Part shown: piece by piece, positions 34,507 through 45,200 of the stretch
Layout of the letters: the number at the start of each line of letters is the position of its first letter
How positions within the stretch are numbered: position 1 is the stretch's first letter
Virus record (IMG/VR): IMGVR_UViG_3300045988_115461
Reading direction: 5' to 3' (one strand)
Source: a virus
Length of the DNA: 61,912 nucleotides
Notes under the pieces: generated by a model
The model's database searches: none
Seen by the model: only the letters and a program-made list of their open reading frames with translations
What the model was told of the DNA's origin: nothing
Position numbers and translations under genes: made by a program

Positions 34507-34817
34507 CGGTAAATGAATACATATCACAGAGGTTTCAGACCTTCGGCGTTCAGTTGTCGGAGGCTGACCTTCTAGATATGTGTCTTTCCTCGAAGATAAG
34601 CGGAGAGGATGAGATGAGCGAGGATTGCCAAACGCGGGTGTCGGTGGCGATTGCGAAGTTCATCCCCTCTCTTTTACTTCGTGCTACCTCAATCAGTGAA
34701 AGCGGTTTTTCTATGTCTTGGAATATCGAAGGGATTAAACAGTACTATTCTTTCCTCTGTAAACAATACGGACTAAAGGATGAACTGAGTAACAAACCTA
34801 AAGTTTCTTTCTGGTGA
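34503..34817 (+). CDS. Head-tail connector protein
   Basis: ATGA overlap with the capsid stop; small protein in the connector position. Confidence 0.45.
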   Translation: MTVNEYISQRFQTFGVQLSEADLLDMCLSSKISGEDEMSEDCQTRVSVAIAKFIPSLLLRATSISESGFSMSWNIEGIKQYYSFLCKQYGLKDELSNKPKVSFW

Positions 34818-35146
34818 TGATATTCGCTCCACACATATTACAGGTTAAAGTGACTAAGCCGATGGATAAGGATGATTTCGGTCGACCGATTCCCGGTACC
34901 GGTGGTGAAAGCTGGCAGGAGGTATGTAAATGTCGTTGTGATGATGTGAGTGCGGAAAAGAAAGTTTCCATCAATGGTGTTCTGTATGATTTCAAATATA
35001 AGGTAGTCTTTGACAAGCCGACAAAGGTTGAAGCAGGAGTAGAAGTCCGTTGTTTGAATCTTGATGGAAGCATAAGAGGGGAGGGGATTGCTAAAAGTCC
35101 TTTGGAGACAAACTATTTTTCCTACAGAGTAATATGGTTGGAATAG
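34814..35146 (+). CDS. Head closure / head-tail adaptor protein
   Basis: Overlapping start; called by synteny. Confidence 0.4.
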   Translation: MMIFAPHILQVKVTKPMDKDDFGRPIPGTGGESWQEVCKCRCDDVSAEKKVSINGVLYDFKYKVVFDKPTKVEAGVEVRCLNLDGSIRGEGIAKSPLETNYFSYRVIWLE

Positions 35147-35436
35147 ATGCAGACTTTTCGGATGTTGACCAGTTCTTTGAGGACGGAACAAGCGAAGTTG
35201 TTGCTGGTATGAAAGAAGAGGGAGAGTCATTTGTTGAAGATGCAAAAGCTACCGGGAGCTATCAAGACCACACAAAACATTTGAGAGAATCGAATGATTA
35301 TGAGGTTGACGAAGATGGCTTGACTCTGAAAAACGAAGCTGATTATGCTTCATTCGTGGAATCCAAAGGTTTTGAAGTTGCAGGAAGTGCAGCGTTAAGA
35401 ACATTAGAACGATGTAAAAGAAGATTTGAACGATGA
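35134..35436 (+). CDS. Head-tail joining protein (HK97 gp10-like position)
   Basis: Called by synteny only. Confidence 0.35.
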   Translation: MVGIDADFSDVDQFFEDGTSEVVAGMKEEGESFVEDAKATGSYQDHTKHLRESNDYEVDEDGLTLKNEADYASFVESKGFEVAGSAALRTLERCKRRFER

Positions 35437-35825
35437 TAGTAACTACCGACATAGGAAACATTCTCTACCGGGATTGCAAGGCTTTCGGGATAGACATAGT
35501 ACCGGACGGTGAAACGCTGACGGGTGAATTGAAGTCTGAAAGGATTGCTATCCACGCAAAGAAGCAACAGCCGGGAACTTATTGGAAGAAGTCTTTTGCG
35601 GAAGTGAATCTTTGCGTTCCTGATTTAGGAGAAAACTCCGCTAATTCCATTCGTTTGGGTGAACTCGAACGAAGAGCCAACAAGCTGTTTGATGATGTAG
35701 TAAGCACCTATGACGGCACAACCTATCGTTACTCGATTGATTCAATTGGCACAGAAGTGGACACGGATTTAAAGTGTCATTATGTGAATGTGAGAATTTT
35801 GTTTGAAGTATTAAACGTAAAATGA
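35433..35825 (+). CDS. Tail completion protein
   Basis: Called by synteny only. Confidence 0.35.
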   Translation: MIVTTDIGNILYRDCKAFGIDIVPDGETLTGELKSERIAIHAKKQQPGTYWKKSFAEVNLCVPDLGENSANSIRLGELERRANKLFDDVVSTYDGTTYRYSIDSIGTEVDTDLKCHYVNVRILFEVLNVK

Positions 35826-35831
35826 GAAAAT

Positions 35832-36371
35832 ATGAAACCATTTATTGGAATTAAAAAGATTTGGTACGGTGCGGTTATAACTGCTGCCGTTACACCTGCT
35901 TCCTTAAAAACGTGGTTAGGAACTGCCACAGAAGTGAAGAACTCCCATCAGGACACTTGGGGATACACAGAAGATGACCCGACTACGACTGATTACATCA
36001 ATGAGTTGACCGGAAAGGTTTACTACAAGGACGTTACCGCTAAAGGTGCAAGAACTATGGCATTTACTATGGGAGAATATTCCTTTGAAGACAAGAAGGA
36101 GTTGCAAGGCGGTGAGCTTGTAAAAGACGGTCAGGCTGTTGTTGGCTGGCATGAACCGGATGTCGCAGAGGTTATCAACAAGGCGATTGTCGGTCAGACT
36201 AAAACCGGTAATTACATTGTGTTTACCAATGCCTCTATAATCGGTAAAGGTAACTTCGTTGAGAAGAATATCGGACTGGGTGTTTCTGCTGTCGCAATGG
36301 AAAATCCAACTGCTAGTGTAGCTGGTGAGTACTGGATTGATGGTGAAAAAGTGGATGCTCCTGCAGCATAA
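35832..36371 (+). CDS. Major tail protein
   Basis: A 179-aa ORF upstream of the chaperone pair and tape measure, followed by a strong terminator. Confidence 0.55.
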   Translation: MKPFIGIKKIWYGAVITAAVTPASLKTWLGTATEVKNSHQDTWGYTEDDPTTTDYINELTGKVYYKDVTAKGARTMAFTMGEYSFEDKKELQGGELVKDGQAVVGWHEPDVAEVINKAIVGQTKTGNYIVFTNASIIGKGNFVEKNIGLGVSAVAMENPTASVAGEYWIDGEKVDAPAA

Positions 36372-36402
36372 ATTTAAGGTGAAAAATAATGTTTTCAGGA
36401 TG

Positions 36403-36430
36403 GCGGTGGGTGATTGCTCACCGCTTTTTT
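36403..36430 (+). terminator. Rho-independent terminator after the major tail gene
   Basis: gcggtg / caccgc stem followed by tttttt. Confidence 0.7.
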
Positions 36431-36441
36431 AATTTCAATAC

Positions 36442-36825
36442 ATGGAAAAAGCTTCAAAAATAGTAAGTGCAGCCGTTTTAGGAAAAGACTTTGAAACGGT
36501 GTTTGTGAATGGTAAAGCCTACGTAATCCATCCTCCAACTATTCATAAGATAGCCGGTGCCGGATATTACCTCTCCGATTTGAAAGATGGGATTACGGTA
36601 ATGGATATGCTTCGATCATTAAAGGATGTTGATACGGCTTCTCGCGCGCTCTCGTGGCTCATACAAGGCGATGAAACTCTGCATGAAGAATTGTCTCATG
36701 GAACATTCGATGAAGTGATAGAGGCTTTAGCAACAGGTCTTTCAATGATTTCTGCTGAAAATTTTTACAAGCTGTCAGTTTTAGCCAAGAACGTTGCTCT
36801 ACTGACAGCAAAGCAACGGTCGTAG
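36442..36825 (+). CDS. Tail assembly chaperone (G-like)
   Basis: Lies between the major tail and tape measure genes. Confidence 0.6.
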   Translation: MEKASKIVSAAVLGKDFETVFVNGKAYVIHPPTIHKIAGAGYYLSDLKDGITVMDMLRSLKDVDTASRALSWLIQGDETLHEELSHGTFDEVIEALATGLSMISAENFYKLSVLAKNVALLTAKQRS

Positions 36826-37028
36826 GAAACAACTGTTTACTGGGACAGATAGCAACGTTCATGGAAAATCTGCATCTGTCTTATGATGAAGTCGTGTACA
36901 AGATACCATATAGAAACATGGTTATTATACAAAAGGACAAGCTCCATACTGTGTACGGAGAAGTTATGGAGGAAGTATCAGAAGAAGAATTTTTCAAAAC
37001 CAAGGGTAAGAACCCATTAAAACAATAA
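36442..37028 (+). CDS. Tail assembly chaperone frameshift fusion (G-T-like), joined by a -1 slip at 36765
   Basis: The -1 frame, open from 36759 to 37028, ends 3 nt before the tape measure ATG. This is the canonical G/GT arrangement. Confidence 0.5.
36759..36765 (+). other. Candidate -1 programmed frameshift heptamer A_AAT_TTT
   Basis: An X_XXY_YYZ heptamer in the G frame. The -1 frame opens exactly here (stop TGA at 36756..36758) and runs to 37028. Confidence 0.55.
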
Positions 37029-37031
37029 TAT

Positions 37032-40000
37032 ATGCCGAAGCTCGTATTCCGTGTGGCTTCCGATTGGGAGGAAGTCGTAAAATTAAGAAATGAGATAGCT
37101 AAGTTAAAGCAAGAGTTGAAGGGTATGGATAGCACACAGTCTCCTGCCGATTTTAAAACACTCAATACCCAGCTTGCTGCATCCACGCAACGAATGAATG
37201 AGTTGGTAACGAATGCTGCTAAAGCTGGTGCGGAGATGGAAACTGGCTTCAAGAGGAAGATATTCGCTGCTTCACAGTCTGTTAATGGGTTTACTGAAAA
37301 GATTATCGCTCAAAAGGCAGTAGTTAAGGATGTGGAAGCCGATGTTAAGCGTCTCGGTGATGCTTATCGCACTGCATTGAAACGTAATCCATTGTCTGCA
37401 AACAGTAAATTAGCTGAATATACATCTGCAAAAAAGGCTCTTGATGAAGAAAAGTCCGCTTTGTTCGGATTGACACAGGAGCAAGCGAATGCCCGACTAT
37501 CTGTGAAGAAACTTCGTGACGAGTATTCTCTTTACAAGGATGATGCAAAAGGTATAACAGAGGTTAATAATGGGATTACTATTTCATGGAAGCAAGCATT
37601 AGGTGTTATCGGTGGTGCTGCTATGCTAAAATCCCTTGTTTCTGATATTACTCATGTAAGGATGGAAATAGATTCGGTGGAAAAATCTTTTGCAGCTTTA
37701 TTAAAATCAGAAGACAAAGCAAAGGAGATGATTGGAGGTTTAAAAGAACTTTCAATCAAAAGCGGATTAAATACCTATGGAACAGCTCAAACACTTCTCG
37801 GCTTTAATGTTGATGCAGAGAAGATACTTCCAACATTGAAAAGCATAGGAGATATAACAATGGGGAATAATGAGAAGTTTTCCTCAATGACACTTGCCTT
37901 TGCTCAGATGTCTGCCGCTGGCAGACTGATGGGGCAAGACCTTAATCAGATGATTAATGCGGGTTTCAATCCTTTGCAGGTTATTTCTGAAAAGACGGGT
38001 AAGTCCATTGCTGTTTTAAAGAAAGAAATGGAGCAAGGTGCTATTTCATCTGAAATGGTAGCGGATGCTTTTGCCACTGCCACTGCCGAAGGAGGTCGTT
38101 TTTATAATATGCTCGAAAAGCAAAACACTGGAATTAGAGGCGAGAAAAACAGACAGAGCGCAGTAATTAAGGAGAAATTGAATGAAATAGGCGAAGCAAA
38201 TGAGAAGATTATAGCAGGTTCGTATCGCGTTACCACTTTTTTGATCGAGAACTATGAGACTATCGGCAAAATATTGGTTGGGCTTGTTGCTACTTATGGA
38301 ACGTATAGGACTGCCGTAATGTTGGTTACTGCTGCCGATAGTAAACATACTCTTGTGGAGATTGGGCTTACTAATGCCCGGATATTGGCACGAAAAGCAC
38401 AACTTGCATTGAATGCTGCCATGCTCACTAATCCTTACGTGTTATTGGCTGTTGCTGTAGGAGGGCTTGCTACAGCAATGTGGGCAATGTCTGATAGTAC
38501 AACTGCTGCTGCACGTGCCCAAAAGGAATATAACGACATTAAAGATACAGCATCTAAAAAAGAACAGAAACATAAACAAAAGATAGAGGAACTTCTTACA
38601 GCTGCACGCGATGAAAGTTTGGCAACTCTCACCCGTCAAAAATCTTTGGAGGAACTCCGAAAGGAATATCCGAAAATCTTTGGACAATATGATATTGAGA
38701 AGTTAAAGTTGGAAGATATTCTGAAATTGAAACAACAGATTAACGAAGAGGATTCAAACCGCTCTGTTCAAGGTAGAAAAGATGATTATACTTCTCTAAA
38801 ACAAATGGTTGCTAACCAACGGAGATATTTACAGCTGTTTGACAATCCAGAGCTTCGCAAAAATATGTCTGATGCCGATATGCAAATATGGAAAATGTTT
38901 GCAGGTAAACAGTCCTACGTGCAGGTACGTGAACAGATGGGGAAAAACTCCGAACTACTAAAGAAGTATCAGAAAGATGTATTGGATGATAATATCTCCG
39001 CTTATAAAGCCAATCTTAAAAACTATTCTAAAGAAAGATTAGAGGCTGAATTAAAAATGGCCCAATCTTCTGCATCAAAGCGTAATGGTTTTAATGTTGA
39101 TGGAATGATGGTCAAAGGTGGGGATTTAGAAAGTATTATCTCATCTATAAATGGCGCGTTGTCAGAAAAGAAATCTCCTAATACCTATAAGCAAGATTAC
39201 GAGGAAGCTAAGAAAGATTGGGAGGATGCCCAAAAAGACCTATCTGAAATAGAAAAGGATAAATCTAAGTTTACCTCAAAGCAATATGAAGAAGCTAAGA
39301 AACGGAAAGATACTGCTGAAAAGGCATATAAAGATTTGGGCGGTATTACAGGTAGTTCATTAAGCAAACAAGAGAATCAATCCGAAAAACTCCGCCAGCA
39401 AACGGAGAAATACAATCTTCTCCTTAACAAACAAGCATTAGAGCAACAACGTTTTGCCGAAGACTTACAAATGAAAGTCGATGAATCCCGAATCAAAGCA
39501 ATGAATGAAGGCTCAAAGAAAACCATTGCCCAGATGGAACTCAACTTTGAGAAAGAGATGCAAGCTATTGATCGGCAAAAAGAGGATGCTTTACGTAAGA
39601 AAATAGAAGATGCCCGCTCTGCTTTTGAGTCTAATCCTAAAAACAAGGGAAAGTCGTTTGATGCTACCGGAATCGAATTGTCGGATGATGAGAACAAATA
39701 CTTTGACGAGCTTTATAAAGCTGCCATCGCCAATAATGAAAAGGCATATTCCGAACTCGCAAACCAATATCTTTCATATACAGACCAACGTCTTGCAATA
39801 GAAAAGAAGTTCAATGATGATGTTGCTTTGTTGCAAGAAGCCCGTAAAAGAGCTGAAGCAAAAGGCGATACGGATGAGGTAGCAAAGATAGACCGCAGTA
39901 TTGGTAAGCGTACAGAAACAAAGAATGAAGACGTTTTCAAACTCGATGCCGAACAATTCAAAAAAAGCATGAATTGGGAGCAAGTTTTTGGCAACCTAGA

Positions 40001-41741
40001 TAAGGTTTCTACCGATACATTGAAAAAGTTGAAGTCCAATCTTAAAGACTTTATTTCAGCTCAAAAAGACCTTTCTCCCGAGAACCTGAAAGAGCTTGTC
40101 GATGCTATTGAGAGGATAGATGATAAAGTTTCAGAGCGTAACCCCTTCGAAGCGATGAGCACTTCTTTCAAGTCGCTAAAAACGGCCACCGATGCGGAAC
40201 GCGAAGCGCAGGAAGCATACAACAAGGCTCTTAAAGAAGACACAGACGAAGAGAAGAAGAACGCTAAAGCCACCCTTGAAAGTGCTAAAAACAACAAGCA
40301 GAAAGCCCTGTCGGAGGCTACCACTGCATTGCATAAAGGCGTGGATGAAATCGGTCGGTATGTCGAAGCTGGCAATCAGGTTATCGGCATTATGGAAACA
40401 CTTGGGGTAAAGACACCAGAATGGTTGGAGGGCGCGATGTCTGGCTTTGGTGAGATGCTGAACGGTCTTGAAAAGATGGATCTCACTAAGCCGATGTCGA
40501 TTGTCACAGGTGGTTTGCAGACGATAAAAGGGGCATTAACGAGTGTAGTTTCTTTGGGCGGTCTTATTCCAGGATTCGGAGGTGCCGATTACTCCCGTTA
40601 CAACAAGATGAAAGAAGAATATGACACCCTTGTTGATGTATGGGATACGCTTATTAGTAAAAAACAGCAGTATATTGATATATCCTATGGTGATGAAGCG
40701 CGCAAAGTCGGGCAAGAAACATTGGATCTACTGGATAAGAAGGCAAAAAGCAATGTTACACTTGGTCTAGAAAGGCTTAATGCCGGTGCAAGTATCGGCT
40801 CTCATTCTATTGGCGTTCGTCAGCGGAAGGGAATGTCTAAAGAGGGATGGGATGAACTTCGTAAGGCAGCGCAATCCATAGGGTTCGACTACAATTCGGT
40901 TGCCGATGATCGTATGACCGGACTGTTTGACCTTACCGCCGATCAGTTATCCGAATTGCAGGATGAAGCTCCTACATTTTGGGCAAAATTGGACGGTGAT
41001 GTTCAGGAATACCTTCAAAATGTCATTGACTGCAATACGGAGATAGAAAGCATGAAGGACAAACTGAACGAAACCATGACCGGTGTCTCTTTTGATTCTT
41101 TCTATGATAGTTTTATATCCACTCTTTCAGATATGGATAAGAGCAGCAAGGATATGGCGGATGATTTCGGGGAATATCTTAAAACTGCAATCCTCTCCAA
41201 CCTGGTAGCGAATAAATATCGTGATAAGATTGAAGCGTTGTATAATGATTGGGCTAGTAAATCCGATTCGGATGATGACGGCATATTTGATCTTACCGCA
41301 GAGGAATCCGAACAATTAAAAGCTGCCCAACGAGCCTTGGCGGAGCAAATGATGGCCGAAAGGGATGCGATGGCCAATGCTTTTGGTTGGAACTCCGGTA
41401 AATATTCTCAATCATCCTCTAAAGGAGGATTTCAGGCTATGTCGCAAGATACCGGAAGCGAATTGAATGGACGCTTTACCGCCTTGCAGATGGCAGGTGA
41501 AGAGATAAAGAGTCAGAACGCCCTTCAATCTCAGTCTTTGAATATTCTAACGATGAAAGCGGATGCCATTCTCTCGGTAAATACAGAAACGAGAAACATT
41601 GCAGATGATACACGGGACTTGATAGCAAATTCCTATCTTGAACTTGTACAGATATCAGAGAATACAGGAGCTATCGTGAAGCCTATTCAGCAGATTCAGA
41701 AAGATATAGCGGAAGTAAAGAAGAACACATCTAAATTATAA
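37032..41741 (+). CDS. Tape measure protein
   Basis: 1569 aa, highly helical/charged with a hydrophobic central segment, downstream of the chaperones. Confidence 0.9.
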   Translation: MPKLVFRVASDWEEVVKLRNEIAKLKQELKGMDSTQSPADFKTLNTQLAASTQRMNELVTNAAKAGAEMETGFKRKIFAASQSVNGFTEKIIAQKAVVKDVEADVKRLGDAYRTALKRNPLSANSKLAEYTSAKKALDEEKSALFGLTQEQANARLSVKKLRDEYSLYKDDAKGITEVNNGITISWKQALGVIGGAAMLKSLVSDITHVRMEIDSVEKSFAALLKSEDKAKEMIGGLKELSIKSGLNTYGTAQTLLGFNVDAEKILPTLKSIGDITMGNNEKFSSMTLAFAQMSAAGRLMGQDLNQMINAGFNPLQVISEKTGKSIAVLKKEMEQGAISSEMVADAFATATAEGGRFYNMLEKQNTGIRGEKNRQSAVIKEKLNEIGEANEKIIAGSYRVTTFLIENYETIGKILVGLVATYGTYRTAVMLVTAADSKHTLVEIGLTNARILARKAQLALNAAMLTNPYVLLAVAVGGLATAMWAMSDSTTAAARAQKEYNDIKDTASKKEQKHKQKIEELLTAARDESLATLTRQKSLEELRKEYPKIFGQYDIEKLKLEDILKLKQQINEEDSNRSVQGRKDDYTSLKQMVANQRRYLQLFDNPELRKNMSDADMQIWKMFAGKQSYVQVREQMGKNSELLKKYQKDVLDDNISAYKANLKNYSKERLEAELKMAQSSASKRNGFNVDGMMVKGGDLESIISSINGALSEKKSPNTYKQDYEEAKKDWEDAQKDLSEIEKDKSKFTSKQYEEAKKRKDTAEKAYKDLGGITGSSLSKQENQSEKLRQQTEKYNLLLNKQALEQQRFAEDLQMKVDESRIKAMNEGSKKTIAQMELNFEKEMQAIDRQKEDALRKKIEDARSAFESNPKNKGKSFDATGIELSDDENKYFDELYKAAIANNEKAYSELANQYLSYTDQRLAIEKKFNDDVALLQEARKRAEAKGDTDEVAKIDRSIGKRTETKNEDVFKLDAEQFKKSMNWEQVFGNLDKVSTDTLKKLKSNLKDFISAQKDLSPENLKELVDAIERIDDKVSERNPFEAMSTSFKSLKTATDAEREAQEAYNKALKEDTDEEKKNAKATLESAKNNKQKALSEATTALHKGVDEIGRYVEAGNQVIGIMETLGVKTPEWLEGAMSGFGEMLNGLEKMDLTKPMSIVTGGLQTIKGALTSVVSLGGLIPGFGGADYSRYNKMKEEYDTLVDVWDTLISKKQQYIDISYGDEARKVGQETLDLLDKKAKSNVTLGLERLNAGASIGSHSIGVRQRKGMSKEGWDELRKAAQSIGFDYNSVADDRMTGLFDLTADQLSELQDEAPTFWAKLDGDVQEYLQNVIDCNTEIESMKDKLNETMTGVSFDSFYDSFISTLSDMDKSSKDMADDFGEYLKTAILSNLVANKYRDKIEALYNDWASKSDSDDDGIFDLTAEESEQLKAAQRALAEQMMAERDAMANAFGWNSGKYSQSSSKGGFQAMSQDTGSELNGRFTALQMAGEEIKSQNALQSQSLNILTMKADAILSVNTETRNIADDTRDLIANSYLELVQISENTGAIVKPIQQIQKDIAEVKKNTSKL

Positions 41742-41744
41742 ATT

Positions 41745-42164
41745 ATGACAAATGACTTAAAAATTAACGGCCTTGATGCCTACCGGCAATGGGGTATAAG
41801 AATGGGTGATGGTTTCCTTGATACAATCGGTGCACCCGCGCCTATGAAAGAATTTATTGAAAACAAATCCCGATTGGAACATGGGAAACGGGTTATAACC
41901 AATAATCCTAAAGTAGATGAACGAGAAATAACACTATCTTTCACTATAGAAGGTAATTCTCAATCAGATTATCAGACAAAAAGAAAGGCATTCTTCGATG
42001 AATTATATAAAGGGGCAGTAGATATTCAAATTCCTGCTAACAGTAGCGAGATTTATCATTTGATTTATCTTGGGAAGAGTATTACCTATGCGCAGAGTTT
42101 AGACCGGACATTTGGTAAAATTTCGAGTAAGTTTTCGGAACCGAATCCGTCTATTCGTACTTAA
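41745..42164 (+). CDS. Distal tail protein-like
   Basis: Lies directly after the tape measure gene. Confidence 0.35.
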   Translation: MTNDLKINGLDAYRQWGIRMGDGFLDTIGAPAPMKEFIENKSRLEHGKRVITNNPKVDEREITLSFTIEGNSQSDYQTKRKAFFDELYKGAVDIQIPANSSEIYHLIYLGKSITYAQSLDRTFGKISSKFSEPNPSIRT

Positions 42165-42243
42165 TTCACGACATTGGGCCTATTGTCGTATATAGGAATA
42201 TTCATAAATTGGATACCCTTTTTTTATCTTCGATCTTTGAAGA

Positions 42244-45200
42244 ATGATCGAGATAAAGGACATATCAGGCAAGGTCAAGTTTAGCACACCGATCAATGTG
42301 GGGGCGAAAGGCCGGTTCATGCTGATGAAGGAGGATTATATAACCATCCCTTTCAGCACGGACATACCTGTTGATCTCAAGCGTGGCGATTACGTGGATC
42401 TCAGAGGAGTGTTTGATGATGCCTTGGGCGGGAAACTGGCGAAAGTATATAAATACCTCACTCTTCAGAATCCATCCGTTATTCCGGGTAAATACAGTTA
42501 CGAGCTAAGGTTTGACGCTTATTATTACGAGTGGAATACGAAAATCTTCAAATTCACTCCGGAAAGTCACGGTCAGGAAGCTGGCTGGAATCTTACAGCC
42601 CCCCTCGATATTCACCTAGGCCTGTTCCTACGTAATCTGAAAGCGAACGGATATACATACAACGGAGTTGATTACATTTTCGACATAGATTCCACGGTTG
42701 AGAACAAGGCGTTTTTGATGACATACGATAATATTCATTTGTTGGACGCCCTCTTTTCGATGGCATCGAAAGATAAATGGAACTGTGATTGTTGGATAAC
42801 CGATAATGTCATACACTTTGGCCGTTGCGAGTTCGGTGACGCTGTCGACATTGAACTAGGCGTTGAAGCGGCCGCCATGACCCGAAGCGAAAGCAAGGGT
42901 ACTTATGCCACCCGCGTTTATGTGTTCGGAGGTACAAGAAATATACCGGCCAACTATCGTCCGGTGGATGAGCAGGCAGTAGTAAATGGAGTTGTTCAGA
43001 AGCGGCTCATGCTTCCGGAGGGTACTCCTTGCATAGATGCTTATCCCGGTATGACCGACACCGAAGCGGTGGAGGACGTAGTGGTATTTGACGATGTGTT
43101 TCCGAAACGGATCGGCACGTTGTCAGACGTGACTACCGTAGACAGGGATACGGAGACAGACGGTGAAGTCACCGGCCAGTTCAAAGCCTACCAGTACCAA
43201 GATCCCGGTCTCGATTTCAAAGAAGATTATATATTGGAGGGGGAAGAGCTGAAAATCACCTTCCAGTCCGGCAAACTGAACGGGATGGTGTTCGGTGTAA
43301 CGTTCAAGCCTGAAGGGACGGACAAAGGCAGCCAGATATGGGAGATCATAGCGAACGAGGATTATGGGCGTTTGCTTCCCGATGAGATAATGTGCCCGGA
43401 GAATGGAGATGAATATGTTCTTTCCGGATTTAATATCCAACTCGTTTCCGACCAGTATATACCGGAAGCGGAAAAAGAGTTATTAGCCAAAGGACAGGAG
43501 TATGTAAAGAAAACAAGTATCGATGACGGTACATACCCAACTACCTTGGACTCCGAGTGGGTCTATCAGGATCAGATAAACAGGACGTATGACGCGGGCC
43601 AGAGGATCCGGTTGATAAACCCCGCTTTCTTCCCGTCTGATGGACGGATCAGCCGTGTGATCGGCTGGGAAATGAACTTGGATATACCTTACGATTCCCC
43701 TGTCTATACGATCGGAGAAAGTACACAATACAGCCGGATCGGTGAGCTGGAGGATAAGGTGGACACGCTTACCTATAAAGGACAGACCTATACCGGTGGT
43801 GGTGGAAGCGGCGTATATATCATACGAACGAATGATTCCACGCCAGCCAGCGACAGCAACGTGTTCTCCGCCCTTCGCTCGTTGACGACATTCTTACGCA
43901 AGGACAAACCGGATGTAGCGGGCTTTGATATTACATTTGAGCAAGATATTATTCTATCCGGCGAGAAATCCTCCATCTACTCAGACCGTTATGCGGGCGG
44001 TTTCGGCCATGAGAACGGGTTCCGCCTGCTCGCCGACGGCACGATGTGGCTGAAGGACCTGAGGGTGAAGAATGACTCCATGTTCGCCGGTTCCCTATCC
44101 TCTCCTACATTCGCCTCCGGTTTCCCGAACGGGACGGGATTCATGATAGCGCCTTACAAGGTGACGAACGCCGCCGGTGTGGAGGAGACTAAATACAAGC
44201 TGGAGATCGATTCGATCTCGGTACGCAACGAGCTTAAAGTATATACGTTCGTGGTCTCGCAACTGCTTGGCGAGAATGATAACCGCATCTTCGCCGGAAT
44301 GATGGAGGTGGATCATTACGACCCGGAGACCGGCCGGATCTACTTGGATACCGACGGGGGCAGGTTGTACAACCCGTTCCGGGAAGGCGATATCCTCATG
44401 GTACAGCAGTTTCAAGGCGATCCTACCTTGCAGAACGACTACAAGATGACCAAGTCGTACGAGCTGAAGGTGGTGGAAGTGGCCGTAGGGGACCTCTCCG
44501 ACGGCGAGAACCGTCTGGACTGGCTCCGTTTCACGAATTTCGTGGGAAATCTGTCGGACATCGCCAAGAGGGATACCCTTTGCCGTGTGGACAACCCGGA
44601 TAACTCCACCCGTAGCGGCATCATGAAGATCACCACGGTGGATGAGTTCGGCACGCCCTACATGGACGTGATCCGTGGGATGAAGACCGATCCGGAAAAC
44701 TGCGTGAAAGTAAGGGTGGGAAACATGAACGGTCTGGTAACGCCTTATTTCGGGAGGCTGGAGGGCGATGGTATATACGTGGAGAATCTTTACGCCCGTG
44801 GGCAGTTCATGCTCGATACGGGGGAGAACGTGAAGACCAAGTTCGAGATCGTGGAAGGCAGGCTTTCCAGCGAGATGTCTTCCGTGCGCTACGAGCTATC
44901 GGAGAAGGATAATTGCCTCACGAACGCCTCTTTCTCCGCTGATACGGTAGGATGGGTACTCGGTAACGACGTTTCGCTATTCACGGTGAAGGAGCGTTTC
45001 ATGGCCGTGAACGATTCCTTCTACGCTGAGAAGGATAAGGTTACAGGAATCGTGGAGGTATCCAGCCGCAAGGCCCTTTATATCAAGAACTCGGGAGTAA
45101 AGCAATTAAACTCCTACCTGAAGAACAAACCGGACGGCCAACTGGAGATGCCCGACGGGACGAAGGTATGGCCTAGCTATTACGTATCGTTCATGTACAT

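Noticed and set aside
33898-34527. A 209-aa minus-strand ORF antisense to the major capsid gene.
   Set aside because: The plus-strand ORF fits the conserved head-gene order and reads like a globular protein. The antisense translation is Cys/His/Arg-rich noise with no start context.
32084-42192. Recurrent acgaca(a/t)t-containing hairpins (about 32084..32104, 42167..42192, also 58518..58569) as a shared late-gene regulatory site.
   Set aside because: There are only three loosely similar copies with different stem lengths and contexts, which is not enough to separate them from ordinary terminator-like hairpins.
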